Positions 1 to 9,922 of a stretch of DNA of 64,000 nucleotides are shown piece after piece. Position 1 is the stretch's first letter. Every line of letters begins with the position of its first letter. The stretch is from Legionellales bacterium. GTDB lineage: Bacteria > Pseudomonadota > Gammaproteobacteria > UBA1113. The stretch covers positions 71 to 64,070 of the forward strand of contig PAPY01000031.1 in the NCBI GenBank assembly GCA_002709565.1, given 5' to 3'. The notes below the pieces were generated by a model. That model had not been told where the DNA came from. It saw only the letters and a list, made by a program, of their open reading frames with translations, and did no database searches. Made by a program: the position numbers and the translations under genes.

Positions 1-758
1 TAACCGGTGCAGGTTCGGGTATAGGTCGTGCCTTGAGTGTATTAATGGCAGAAAATGACCATACTGTCATCGCTATTGGCCGCCGCGAGCAACCCTTGCA
101 GCAACTCAAGAACCATTATCCTAAGCGGGTACAAATCATTCCCGCAGATGTCAGTAAACCAGAAAATCGCGATGCTATTGCTAGTGTTATTAGTAAATAT
201 TCCAATATTGATTATCTCGTTCATAATGCCGGCGTGTTGGAACCAGTGGCGGAATTACGAGATGTTGATTTACATGACTGGCGAGCCCATATGGCTATCA
301 ATGTTGAAGCGCCTTTATTTTTGACTCAAGCCTTGCTGCCACAGTTAGCAGGCGGGCGCATTTTGCATATTTCCAGTGGTGCAGCCCACCGCCCTATTCA
401 TGGTTGGGGTGCGTATTGCACATCAAAGGCTGCTTTTTATATGTTGTTTCAATGTTTGCGGGAAGAATTGCAGAGCTTTAATATCGGTATTGGCAGTGTG
501 CGCCCAGGCGTAGTAGACACACCTATCCAAGACAGAATTCGTCAACTTGATGAAGCGGTTTTTCCCGCGCTGAAAGATTTTCAAGATCTCAAAGAATACA
601 ATAAGCTTATTCCGCCCGCGACCTGTGCTTTGTTTCTCTATTGGATCTTAACCATGACTGATGCTGAGAATTTTACCCGAGAAGAGTGGGATATCTATGA
701 TACCAGTCATCACCATCATTGGTTAGATGGCCAGGATATGGTAGATATTAGCCGATAA
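1..758 (+). CDS. SDR family oxidoreductase (sepiapterin/benzil reductase-like), 5'-truncated by the window edge
   Basis: Frame is open from base 3 and reads TGAGSGIG (TGxxxGxG), then NAG, catalytic YCTSK and PGVVDT. The true start lies upstream of the window. Confidence 0.85.
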   Translation, partial: TGAGSGIGRALSVLMAENDHTVIAIGRREQPLQQLKNHYPKRVQIIPADVSKPENRDAIASVISKYSNIDYLVHNAGVLEPVAELRDVDLHDWRAHMAINVEAPLFLTQALLPQLAGGRILHISSGAAHRPIHGWGAYCTSKAAFYMLFQCLREELQSFNIGIGSVRPGVVDTPIQDRIRQLDEAVFPALKDFQDLKEYNKLIPPATCALFLYWILTMTDAENFTREEWDIYDTSHHHHWLDGQDMVDISR

Positions 759-771
759 TCAAGGAGTCTAC

Positions 772-1533
772 GTGGATTTTACCTTAAGCAAATACCAACG
801 ATTACTCGAAGCTTGCCAGGCGACAAAGCATGACATTATCACCATGCAGGTTTTTTTTGAATGTCAGCAGCCAGCAACAAATACCATTATTTTGCGTCAT
901 GATGTTGATAGACGCATTAAGAATGCACTCAACATGGCGCGCTTAGAAGCACGCTTAGGTGTCAAAGCAACTTACTATTTTCGAGTGCCATATACTTTCA
1001 AGCCAACGTTAGTTGAAGAAATTGCAAATCTAGGCCACGAAGTGGGATTCCATTATGAAACCCTGGCAAAAACCAAAGGTGATGTGAAGGCAGCCCATGC
1101 TTTGTTTAATGCAGAGCTAGAACAGTTGCGCAGTATTGTTGATATCAAAACTATTTGCATGCACGGTAGTCCTTTGTCACCCTACGATAATCGGGATTTG
1201 TGGCAGGAGTATGATTTTAAAGCGCTAGGGATCATTGGCGAGCCCTATCTATCCATCGATTATGACAAAGTTGCCTATGTGACCGATACGGGTCGTTCTT
1301 GGGGCAGTGATGCGACGAATTTGCGAGACAGAGTAACCACGTCCCAAGCACTCGCACCTGCTATGGGGACAACCGAAGAACTGATTAATTTTGTCGGCAC
1401 CAACCAGCATTCATTGATTATTCAAACCCACCCTGAGCGCTGGGCATATTCGTTGCCAAGTCTCGCGGTCTCTTATGGTCATGATTTTGCGACAAATTGT
1501 GCCAAAAGGCTGATTCGCTTAATGCGCAAATAA
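772..1533 (+). CDS. Polysaccharide deacetylase-like protein
   Basis: ILRHDVD, GHEVGFHYE, MHG and THPERW motifs; AGGAG RBS before the GTG start. Confidence 0.65.
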   Translation: MDFTLSKYQRLLEACQATKHDIITMQVFFECQQPATNTIILRHDVDRRIKNALNMARLEARLGVKATYYFRVPYTFKPTLVEEIANLGHEVGFHYETLAKTKGDVKAAHALFNAELEQLRSIVDIKTICMHGSPLSPYDNRDLWQEYDFKALGIIGEPYLSIDYDKVAYVTDTGRSWGSDATNLRDRVTTSQALAPAMGTTEELINFVGTNQHSLIIQTHPERWAYSLPSLAVSYGHDFATNCAKRLIRLMRK

Positions 1534-1648
1534 TAGCATATTGAGGTTGTACTAGGTAGGATAACTATGTGCAATATGGTACCATCTGGCTCCGAAAAAC
1601 CGATTAATGTGGCCAGTATTTGTCCACCCCAAAAGAGTGAGCATATTT

Positions 1649-2386
1649 ATGTCAAATAGCCAGGATTGTGGTATTGAACGTGGCCAACTCCCAGCAATCA
1701 GCCTTGATTTAGAAGCAAGCCAGCCACAGGACATTCTAGGTTGGGCAACGGGGCAGTTCGGTGCGGACTTAATAATGGCAACGTCCTACGGTTTGGAAGG
1801 CATGGTCATTATTCATATGCTCCATGAGCTCAAGGCTAACTTAACCATTATCAACCTGGATACCGGTTATCAGTTCCCTGAAACCTTGCGTATGCAAGAA
1901 GCGATCAAAGACACCTATGGCTTTGATATCACCTTAGTCAAAGCATCAACAACCACCGAAGAGTATGAAGCCAAGTACGGCGGCAAAGTCTATGAGATGG
2001 ATCCTAATCAATGTTGTTTCGATAGGAAAGTACGTCCGTTGCAGAATGCCCTTGCTGGTAAACCTGCCTGGATAAGCAGTATTCGCCGCGAACAAACTCC
2101 CCAGCGAGCAGCAGCAGGCATTGTTGAGTGGGATGATAAATTTAATCTCATCAAAATTAATCCTCTGGCCAATTGGACATTGGAGCAAGTGAATAGTTTT
2201 ATCAACGACAATAAGATCCCCACTCACCCATTGTATCAGCGCGGTTTTAAAAGTATTGGCTGTTGGCCTTGTACCCGTGCGGTTGAAGCCGATGAAGCTG
2301 AGCGTGCAGGACGTTGGAGTGGCTTTGAGAAACTAGAGTGTGGTTTACACACACGCGCAACGGAAAAGAGTGATGAACATGTTTGA
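1649..2386 (+). CDS. cysH: Adenylylsulfate (APS)/PAPS reductase, Fe-S type
   Basis: LDTGY, CC..(~80 aa)..CWPC iron-sulfur motif and C-terminal ECGLH. Start moved to ATG 1649. Confidence 0.9.
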   Translation: MSNSQDCGIERGQLPAISLDLEASQPQDILGWATGQFGADLIMATSYGLEGMVIIHMLHELKANLTIINLDTGYQFPETLRMQEAIKDTYGFDITLVKASTTTEEYEAKYGGKVYEMDPNQCCFDRKVRPLQNALAGKPAWISSIRREQTPQRAAAGIVEWDDKFNLIKINPLANWTLEQVNSFINDNKIPTHPLYQRGFKSIGCWPCTRAVEADEAERAGRWSGFEKLECGLHTRATEKSDEHV

Positions 2387-3158
2387 TTTTTTAGAGTTAC
2401 CATCCCGCGACATCAAACCCCGCAGCAAAGGGTTAACCGTACTCATCGATAATGGCTATAGTACCGAGTTTTATCAAGATGTCATTATCAGCCATGGTCA
2501 ACTCATCGATTATATTAAATTTGGCTGGTGTACGAGTTATATCACTAGAGATTTCGATAAAAAAATACAACTGGCGAAAGATGCAGGTATTGATGTCTTT
2601 TTGGGAGGGACTTTTTTTGAAAAAGCCTATTCGCAAAAAAAATTAGATAACCTTCTAAAGGTGATTGATAGCTATGCCATTACCACAATCGAGATTTCAA
2701 ATGGCACTATTCCAATCTCGAATCAAGAAAAAGCCAGTGTTATTCAACAATTAGCTGGAGACTACCAGGTGTTCAGTGAAGTTGGTTATAAAGAATGCCA
2801 GAGTTCAGAACAACTAACGGCTGCTGAATGGATTGAATACATAAAAGAAGACTTGAATGCGGGTGCTGTCAAAGTCATTACTGAAGCTCGGGAGTCAGGT
2901 AAGAGTGGGCTTTGTGATGCCGAAGGCAATTTAAAGACAGATTTTATTGACGATATTCTTATGTCTGGCATTACCAGTGAACAATTGATCTTTGAAGCAC
3001 CCAATAAAGCTTTACAGCACTATTTTATAGCGCTTATAGGCAGTAATGTTAATTTAGCGAATATCGCGTTTCAAGATATTATCCCATTAGAAACATTGCG
3101 GCTAGGTTTGCGCAGCGATACCTTATTGCAATTTGATAACAAAGGAGAGAACTCATGA
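2379..3158 (+). CDS. comA: (2R)-phospho-3-sulfolactate synthase
   Basis: KPRSKGLT, KFGW, GGTFFE, EISNG, EVGYK, EARESG, FEAP, NLANI and LETLRLGLRSDT are all ComA-family motifs. Confidence 0.9.
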   Translation: MFDFLELPSRDIKPRSKGLTVLIDNGYSTEFYQDVIISHGQLIDYIKFGWCTSYITRDFDKKIQLAKDAGIDVFLGGTFFEKAYSQKKLDNLLKVIDSYAITTIEISNGTIPISNQEKASVIQQLAGDYQVFSEVGYKECQSSEQLTAAEWIEYIKEDLNAGAVKVITEARESGKSGLCDAEGNLKTDFIDDILMSGITSEQLIFEAPNKALQHYFIALIGSNVNLANIAFQDIIPLETLRLGLRSDTLLQFDNKGENS

Positions 3159-3556
3159 GAAAAACCAGCCAAGTGTTTCATTTAGCCATACCCTGTGCGG
3201 ATTTAGATAAGGCAAAAGAATTTTATGTTGATCAATTAGGTTGTGAATTAGCCCGGCGCTATGATGATAGGATTACACTGAATTTTTTTGGTGACCAGGT
3301 TGTTTGCCACTTGGCGCCAGATCAAATTGATGAAGCACCAAAGATGTATCCTCGGCATTTTGGCATAACTTTTGCTGACAAAGATGATTTTGAGGAATTA
3401 CTTGCAAATGCGAAGAGTAATGATGCTACTTTTTTTAAAGATGATTTTGTGCGTTTTGAAGGGCGGCAAGAAGAACATCGGACTTTCTTTTTGATAGACC
3501 CTTCAAATAATTTGCTGGAATTCAAATATTATAACGATACGACCATGATGTACTGA
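3155..3556 (+). CDS. VOC/glyoxalase-family protein
   Basis: FHLAIP, HFG and DPSNNLLEFK metal-ligand pattern; ATGA overlap with comA. Confidence 0.8.
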   Translation: MRKTSQVFHLAIPCADLDKAKEFYVDQLGCELARRYDDRITLNFFGDQVVCHLAPDQIDEAPKMYPRHFGITFADKDDFEELLANAKSNDATFFKDDFVRFEGRQEEHRTFFLIDPSNNLLEFKYYNDTTMMY

Positions 3557-3557
3557 G

Positions 3558-4112
3558 GTGATACATTTGAATATTGTGATGATAAGACATTTGCCGACCC
3601 AATGGAATATGAAAGGTGTGCTACAGGGCAGCAAAGATATTGCCTTAGCAGAGATTTCATCTGAGTCAAAGGAACAGATAATTGCCAACAAAAAACAGCT
3701 AGCAGATAAGTACGGTGATTTCGAACATGTCTTTGCTAGCGCGCTAGTAAGAACGCAACAAACTGCGCGTGCTTATGACTATGAAGCACCAACGATTGAG
3801 CCTTTACTAAATGAACTAAATTTTGGTGCGTTTGAAGGCCGTAAAAAATCAGAGCTTATTGCTGCACATAGCGATAGCTGGTTTGATTCTCCAGAGTCTA
3901 TCGTGTTAGGAGAGCCACTAGTTGCACTAAAGCAAAGAGTGAATGATTTCTTTCAAAAGTATGGTAACTGCGAACAGATGCTGGTATTTGGCCATGGCAA
4001 CTGGATCCGCAGTGCCATGTCGTTAGCACAGAATAATAATCTTAACTTACTGAATAAAATTCATTTGGACAACAATCAGATAGTCGAATTAGCATGGGAT
4101 AGTAAAAGATAA
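3558..4112 (+). CDS. Histidine phosphatase (phosphoglycerate mutase-like) family protein
   Basis: IRH, S.L.RTQQTA, LNELNFG and GHG motifs. Confidence 0.8.
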   Translation: MIHLNIVMIRHLPTQWNMKGVLQGSKDIALAEISSESKEQIIANKKQLADKYGDFEHVFASALVRTQQTARAYDYEAPTIEPLLNELNFGAFEGRKKSELIAAHSDSWFDSPESIVLGEPLVALKQRVNDFFQKYGNCEQMLVFGHGNWIRSAMSLAQNNNLNLLNKIHLDNNQIVELAWDSKR

Positions 4113-4753
4113 TGTTTGGTAAATATAACATCAACAATGTGTTAGTGTTAGCGCCACATACCGATGATGGTGAGATTGGCTGTGGCGGACTAATTGCTTT
4201 AGCCATTGAGCAAGGACTTAATGTTCATTATGTGGCGTTTTCGAGTGCACAAATCTCACTGCCTGAGGGTGCGCCTAGAGATACGCTAATTAAAGAAGTT
4301 AAAGCAGCCACAGAAGTATTAGGTATCCTCCAGGAAAATTTAATATTGTTTGATTATCCAACACGACGTATGGCGGAGTTTAGACAAGATATTCTTGATG
4401 ATATGATCACCATCCGAGAGCAAATCAAACCAGACTTGATATTGACACCATCTCTTCATGATATCCATCAAGACCATCAAACTATTGCTAACGAGACATT
4501 GCGTTGTTTTAAACGCCAGTCAATTCTCTGTTATGAAGAGCCATGGAATAACATTTCTTTTGCCACGCAATGCTTTGTTAAACTAGATAAGCATCATATC
4601 GATAAAAAAGTCCAGGCCTTACTGTGTTATGAATCGCAGATGCGCAGAACCTACCTTAATGAAGAAAGTATTCGTGCTCTTGCATTAACTCGTGGTACGC
4701 AGCTGGAGGGTGGTTATGCCGAAGCATTTGAAGTTGTGAGATGGATGATTTGA
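4112..4753 (+). CDS. PIG-L/LmbE family N-deacetylase
   Basis: APHTDDGE and HQDH zinc motifs; C-terminal YAEAF. Confidence 0.88.
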   Translation: MFGKYNINNVLVLAPHTDDGEIGCGGLIALAIEQGLNVHYVAFSSAQISLPEGAPRDTLIKEVKAATEVLGILQENLILFDYPTRRMAEFRQDILDDMITIREQIKPDLILTPSLHDIHQDHQTIANETLRCFKRQSILCYEEPWNNISFATQCFVKLDKHHIDKKVQALLCYESQMRRTYLNEESIRALALTRGTQLEGGYAEAFEVVRWMI

Positions 4754-5820
4754 TGACAATCTTAAAGCCGATTAATGTTCTTTTAACGGCGGCAGGTTGT
4801 CCTGGCGCATCAACCTGTATTCGTTACCTAAAGTCCATTGCAGAACGTCAAGTTCGAGTCATTGGCGTTGATGCTGAGAAAGAATCCATCGGTCAATTCT
4901 TGGCTGATGGATTTTATCAAATTCCCTCTGCTGAGGATAATGCATATATAGATAGTTTGCTGACTGTCTGTGATCAAGAAAACATTGATTGTCTGGTAGT
5001 GAGTTCAAGTTTTGAAATAGAAGTCATTGCAAAGGCAAAGACGCTATTCGAAGAACAAGGCATTAAAGTGTTAGCGTCTGAACCAGCAGCGCTTGCTATT
5101 GCCAACAACAAGCAGGCAATCTACGAAGCATTCCAAGATAGCGCTATTGTAAAGATCCCCGAGTTTCGGGTAGTGAGTAGTCTTGAAATGTTCATCGAGG
5201 CGTGTCAGGCCATGGGGTATCCAAATAGGGAGCTCTGCTTCAAACCACCACAATCCAAAGGCAGTCGCGGGTTTAGAATTTTAACCGAAACTATCTCACG
5301 AAGAGAACTATTGCTTAATTATAAGCCAGAATCAAAATACATATCGTTACAAGAGTTCACTGAAATTTTTAACAAGGAAGAAGAATTTCCAACACTTGTT
5401 ATCATGGAAGTGCTCGAGGGTGAAGAGATTGATAGTATGGTGATTGCAGATGCTGGAGAGCCTTTGTTGATTACCCACAAAACCCGCGAAAAAGCCCGCG
5501 GCGGCGTGATTACTAATGGTGGACATTGTGAACGCCCTGAGCTGGATAAAGTAATTCGCGAAATCTTACAACATGTCAAATTGTCCTATAATGTGGGTTT
5601 TCAATTCATTGATGGCTATTTACTTGAAATTAATCCACGCTTATCGAGTTTTATCTATACCCGGGATTGGGTAGAGCCGTATTTTGCTATCAAACTTGCA
5701 TTAGGTGAATTTAATCATGCTGATATCAAAAAATTACAGCAACATGTACCTTTAGAGCTGCGTATGCTTAGGTATTTTGACCAAGTTTTTTATGATAAAA
5801 ACCAAATAACTGAGAATTGA
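4753..5820 (+). CDS. ATP-grasp ligase (CarB-like, glycan-cluster type)
   Basis: CFKP..SKGSRGF and LLEINPR; TGATG coupling to the deacetylase stop. Confidence 0.85.
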   Translation: MTILKPINVLLTAAGCPGASTCIRYLKSIAERQVRVIGVDAEKESIGQFLADGFYQIPSAEDNAYIDSLLTVCDQENIDCLVVSSSFEIEVIAKAKTLFEEQGIKVLASEPAALAIANNKQAIYEAFQDSAIVKIPEFRVVSSLEMFIEACQAMGYPNRELCFKPPQSKGSRGFRILTETISRRELLLNYKPESKYISLQEFTEIFNKEEEFPTLVIMEVLEGEEIDSMVIADAGEPLLITHKTREKARGGVITNGGHCERPELDKVIREILQHVKLSYNVGFQFIDGYLLEINPRLSSFIYTRDWVEPYFAIKLALGEFNHADIKKLQQHVPLELRMLRYFDQVFYDKNQITEN

Positions 5821-5821
5821 T

Positions 5822-7636
5822 ATGTGTGGCATCGTAGGCATTAGTGCAAAAACCAATAACGATTACTCAGATACAATTCGAGCTTTACTGAGCAAGATCA
5901 AACACCGAGGCCCTGAAAGTGAAGGTGTTTTCCAAAAGGGTACCGTTTGGCTCGGCCATCGTCGCTTAAAGATTATCGACATCTCTGACCGCTCAAACCA
6001 GCCACTGGTAACAACCTGTGGCCGATATACGATTAGTTACAATGGTGAGATTTACAATCATCATGAGCTGCGTGATGAACTCATTGGCTTAGGACATCAG
6101 TTTGTCACAACGTCTGATACAGAGGTTATCTTGCTTGCCTATAAGCAATGGGGCAGTGACTGTGTCGAACGGTTCAATGGCATTTGGGCTTTTGCTATTT
6201 TTGATGCGGAATCAAACCAACTGTTTATCTCACGTGACCGTTTTGGAGTGAAGCCGCTCTATTATATCGAGACCAGTGAGTGTTATGCCTTTGCTTCAGA
6301 GATAAAAGCGTTACTGCCACTCCTCAAACAGGTTAAAGCCAGTGCCAAACGGGTAGCGAGCTTTCTAGTTTATGGCGAATGTGAGGATGCCGAGTCGACT
6401 TTTTTTGCGGATATTCATAAGCTGCCTGGTGGGTGTAATCTTCGCTATAATACAGCCACTCAACAAGCCACGATTACTACTTATTATGATATCAAAAGCC
6501 AGCCATTAGATGTTGATCCCCAGGAAGCGCTCGCTAAGGCTAAAGCATTACTGCAATCAAGCATCGATTATCAACGTGTTGCTGATGTGCCGGTTGCGGT
6601 ATCACTGAGTGGCGGCCTAGACAGCTCTGTTATTACCAAATTAGTACTCGATCATTCTACGGCACCATTTACTGCATTCACGGCAATTTCAGAAGACTCA
6701 AATAACAGTGAGCTGCCCTATGCAGAGAAAGTTGCAGATGATACGAAAATAGATTGGGTTAAAATCACACCTAATTATGATGATGTGGTACGAGAACTTC
6801 CCAACGTTGTACATGCTCAAGAAGAACCCTTTAGTACGCCGTCTATCATCATGCAGTATTTTTTGATGAAGCGTGTGCATGAGTCTGGCATTAAGGTTGT
6901 GCTTGATGGCCAAGGGGCTGATGAAGTCTTCCTTGGCTATGAACGTTACATTGTCTTGGAAGTCTTGCGTTTACTGCGAACGAGCCAAGCTATTTCATCT
7001 TTCAGTGATCTACGTCTATGCTTGGCAAATAATGATAAACTGTCAATAAAACGGCTCGCTTATTATACGGCAGGTAGCCTGTTCCCTAAATTACGCCAGC
7101 GCTATATGAATATGCGAGCCAAATACCTCAATACTAAAGGGATCCAGAAGCCAGATTATCTGTATCACTATGCAATGAGTAGCAAGAGATCATGCTTTGA
7201 ACTGCAAAAACTAGAACTCATGGCAACGAATTTGCCGGCCCTATTACGTTTTGCTGACAAGAATTCGATGGCATTCTCTGTAGAAGACCGAGTGCCCTAT
7301 TTGGACCATCGTTTGGTGGAATTGTGTTTATCATTACCACAAAACGTAAAGCTACGTCATGGTTGGACTAAATGGCTGCTGCGAGCAATGTTTGATAAGC
7401 AACTTCCCGATGGCATCATTTGGCGCAAGAATAAAATAGCCTATGAAGCACCCGAGCGTATTTGGCTTAAGCAACTACGACCAGCAATGTACGCGGCGGT
7501 GATGGAATCGCCATTACTGGACGATTATTGTGATAAAGGTAAACTGACGAAGCAAGGCCATAAAGTCGATGATAGACAATTATGGCGTCTGTATTCAGTG
7601 GCACTGTGGGAAAAGGAGTTTTTATCCAATGCCTAA
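5822..7636 (+). CDS. asnB: Asparagine synthase-like glutamine amidotransferase (WbpS-like)
   Basis: N-terminal MCGI, HRGP, NGEIYN, RDRFGVKPLY, SGGLDSS, GQGADE. Confidence 0.9.
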   Translation: MCGIVGISAKTNNDYSDTIRALLSKIKHRGPESEGVFQKGTVWLGHRRLKIIDISDRSNQPLVTTCGRYTISYNGEIYNHHELRDELIGLGHQFVTTSDTEVILLAYKQWGSDCVERFNGIWAFAIFDAESNQLFISRDRFGVKPLYYIETSECYAFASEIKALLPLLKQVKASAKRVASFLVYGECEDAESTFFADIHKLPGGCNLRYNTATQQATITTYYDIKSQPLDVDPQEALAKAKALLQSSIDYQRVADVPVAVSLSGGLDSSVITKLVLDHSTAPFTAFTAISEDSNNSELPYAEKVADDTKIDWVKITPNYDDVVRELPNVVHAQEEPFSTPSIIMQYFLMKRVHESGIKVVLDGQGADEVFLGYERYIVLEVLRLLRTSQAISSFSDLRLCLANNDKLSIKRLAYYTAGSLFPKLRQRYMNMRAKYLNTKGIQKPDYLYHYAMSSKRSCFELQKLELMATNLPALLRFADKNSMAFSVEDRVPYLDHRLVELCLSLPQNVKLRHGWTKWLLRAMFDKQLPDGIIWRKNKIAYEAPERIWLKQLRPAMYAAVMESPLLDDYCDKGKLTKQGHKVDDRQLWRLYSVALWEKEFLSNA

Positions 7637-8753
7637 GATATGCCACTTTAGTTCCAGTCACCGGCCTGATGATACAAGAGTCGCTCATAAAGAAGTGAAC
7701 TCACTGAGCCAATATTTTGATGATGTGACGTTGGTAACACATCACCACGAAAAGCTTACAAAAATATTTCCTTCAATACACTATGTTGATACCGGCGTGT
7801 CTATGCCCCAGAAACGTTGGCAGCGTATAACTATTGGCGCATGGCGAGTTTATCGAGCAGCAGTAAAAGTCAATGCTGATATTTATCACTTCCATGATCC
7901 TGAATTGCTCCCCTATGTCATTGCTTTGCGCTTAAGACGGAAAAAAGTGATTTATGATGTCCATGAGGATTTAGCCAAAGATATTCGCTCCAAAGTATGG
8001 ATCCCTAAAGTTTTTCGCTCAATTATTGCGACAATGGTTGATTTAGTCGAAAAGACTTTATCACGCTTTTGCAGCGCAGTGGTGCCTGCTTGTGAGCCGA
8101 TGACGGAAATATTCTATCCTTACAATAAAAATACCATCGCAATCAATAATTATCCGGAGTTGGCACTTTATCCAAGCCAACCAGGGCTCAAAAAACGACA
8201 AGCTTGTTATCTAGGCACTATTACTCGAACTCGGGGTATCAAGCAGGCCATTGAGGCATGTCATCGCGCGAATATTAAATTGGTGCTAGGTGGAAATTTT
8301 CATGACGAGATATTATTTGCTGAGTGCAAAGCAATGCCGGGGTGGGAGAATGTTGAGTGGCTAGGCTATATCCCCCATGATCAAGCAATCGCGATTATCA
8401 GCCAATCTTTAGTAGGTCTATTGCTGCAAACATTTACCCAGCACTACCAACCCATTAAGCTATACGAGTATATGGCGTCAGGTATTCCAGTCATAGCATC
8501 TGATTATCAACAATGGATAGATATTGTCGAAAAAAATAAGCTCGGTTTTTGTGTTGATCCCCATAGCATTGATTCAATATGTGAAGCACTTAATCAATTA
8601 TTAGCTGATGAAAGTATGGCTCAACAAATGGGTGCTCAGGCTAAAGATTATGTTAGCCAGCATTATAGCTGGGAACAAGAAGCACAAAAACTCTACAAGT
8701 TATATGAAAGTTTAGCCAGTCCGCAAGCACAATCAGTTAGGAGTAAAACGTGA
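7629..8753 (+). CDS. Glycosyltransferase family 4
   Basis: HFHDPEL, YDVHED and KLYEYMASGIPVIASD. Start moved to ATG 7629. Confidence 0.9.
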   Translation: MPKICHFSSSHRPDDTRVAHKEVNSLSQYFDDVTLVTHHHEKLTKIFPSIHYVDTGVSMPQKRWQRITIGAWRVYRAAVKVNADIYHFHDPELLPYVIALRLRRKKVIYDVHEDLAKDIRSKVWIPKVFRSIIATMVDLVEKTLSRFCSAVVPACEPMTEIFYPYNKNTIAINNYPELALYPSQPGLKKRQACYLGTITRTRGIKQAIEACHRANIKLVLGGNFHDEILFAECKAMPGWENVEWLGYIPHDQAIAIISQSLVGLLLQTFTQHYQPIKLYEYMASGIPVIASDYQQWIDIVEKNKLGFCVDPHSIDSICEALNQLLADESMAQQMGAQAKDYVSQHYSWEQEAQKLYKLYESLASPQAQSVRSKT

Positions 8754-9916
8754 AAATATTGATTTTAAATTGTTTCAGTCGTAATGCATTGGCTGTCATC
8801 AATAGCCTCGATAAGTCTTATGAACTTATTGGTGCCCATACTCGAAAACGCGGCGTTATTAAACCTAACAAACTTTTAGCCAGCAAACGCTTGGCAAAAC
8901 TAGTCACCTATGAGCATCCAAACCAAAATAGTGAATCATTTAAGAATGATATTATTAGGGTCATCAATGAAAATAGTATTGACGCTGTGATTGCCACGGG
9001 CACAAGTACTACCAACTATCTCTCATTTAATAAAGACGCGATTGAATCAGCAACTTCTGCCAAGGCATTGGTTGAAAAGTATGAAATATTTTCCAAGTTA
9101 ACCGATAAATGGCATACCTATCAACTCTGTGAAGAGATTGGTCTTCCAGTGCCAAAGTCAATTTTATTAAAAGATGATGAAACGACTCGGCAACAAATTG
9201 CCAAACTTACGTTTCCTGTGGTGGCGAAACCACGGATATCATTTGCCTCTCATGGTGTCTGTTTCTTCGATACTTATGATGAGTTAATCGCTAATATCGA
9301 CAAGTTAACGGGCTACGCTGCCATTGATGGCACGGAGCAACCCTCTTATATGGTGCAAGAGCGTATTACCGGAACATTGCATGATGTTTGTTTGTCTGCT
9401 AAGAATGGTGATGTTTCAATGTTAATGACACAACAGCGGGTGATGACCCTGCATGATTTTGGCGGTGGTGGCATCATCAACTTAACCACCAATGAGCCTG
9501 AAATGGCAGGATTAGCAACCCAATTGATCAAAGCAACACATTGGAATGGACTCGCTCTGTTTGATTTTGTTAAAACCCCTGATGGCAAATACTATCTACT
9601 TGAGATCAATCCAAAAGTATGGGGCACGACCTATTTAACGACAGTTGCTGGGCTTAATATGGTGCAGAATATTTTTGACATATTTGTCCTTGATAAACCG
9701 GTTAGTTTTAATAACCAGTACAGTGAGAATGTCTTATACCGCTGGTTATTCCCTGAGTGTTTTGCTGCCTGGACATTACCACCGCGTAACCCTAAAGCCA
9801 TTGTTAAGCGCGTGCATAAGACTTTTTCTAGGCATGGGGCGAGCCAAGTCAACAGTAATATCAAGCTCTCTGATCTACGGCATTTGCTGGGAACAGTATT
9901 AGAAAAAGGCGGTTAG
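8750..9916 (+). CDS. ATP-grasp ligase (carboxylate-amine ligase type)
   Basis: DKW, FPVVAKP, VQERITG and LLEINPK motifs. Confidence 0.85.
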   Translation: MKILILNCFSRNALAVINSLDKSYELIGAHTRKRGVIKPNKLLASKRLAKLVTYEHPNQNSESFKNDIIRVINENSIDAVIATGTSTTNYLSFNKDAIESATSAKALVEKYEIFSKLTDKWHTYQLCEEIGLPVPKSILLKDDETTRQQIAKLTFPVVAKPRISFASHGVCFFDTYDELIANIDKLTGYAAIDGTEQPSYMVQERITGTLHDVCLSAKNGDVSMLMTQQRVMTLHDFGGGGIINLTTNEPEMAGLATQLIKATHWNGLALFDFVKTPDGKYYLLEINPKVWGTTYLTTVAGLNMVQNIFDIFVLDKPVSFNNQYSENVLYRWLFPECFAAWTLPPRNPKAIVKRVHKTFSRHGASQVNSNIKLSDLRHLLGTVLEKGG

Positions 9917-9922
9917 ATATCA

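Noticed and set aside
1649..2386. cysH as ordinary cysteine assimilation
   Set aside because: No sulfite reductase or cysteine synthase is adjacent and it overlaps comA; such genes elsewhere in the genome cannot be excluded.
2379..3158. comA as evidence of coenzyme M biosynthesis
   Set aside because: No comB/C/D/E or xcb-type partners were recognised, and the context is glycan biosynthesis.
9908..9916. ggcggttag as an ops/JUMPStart element
   Set aside because: Imperfect match lying in the last codons of a CDS, not in an operon leader.
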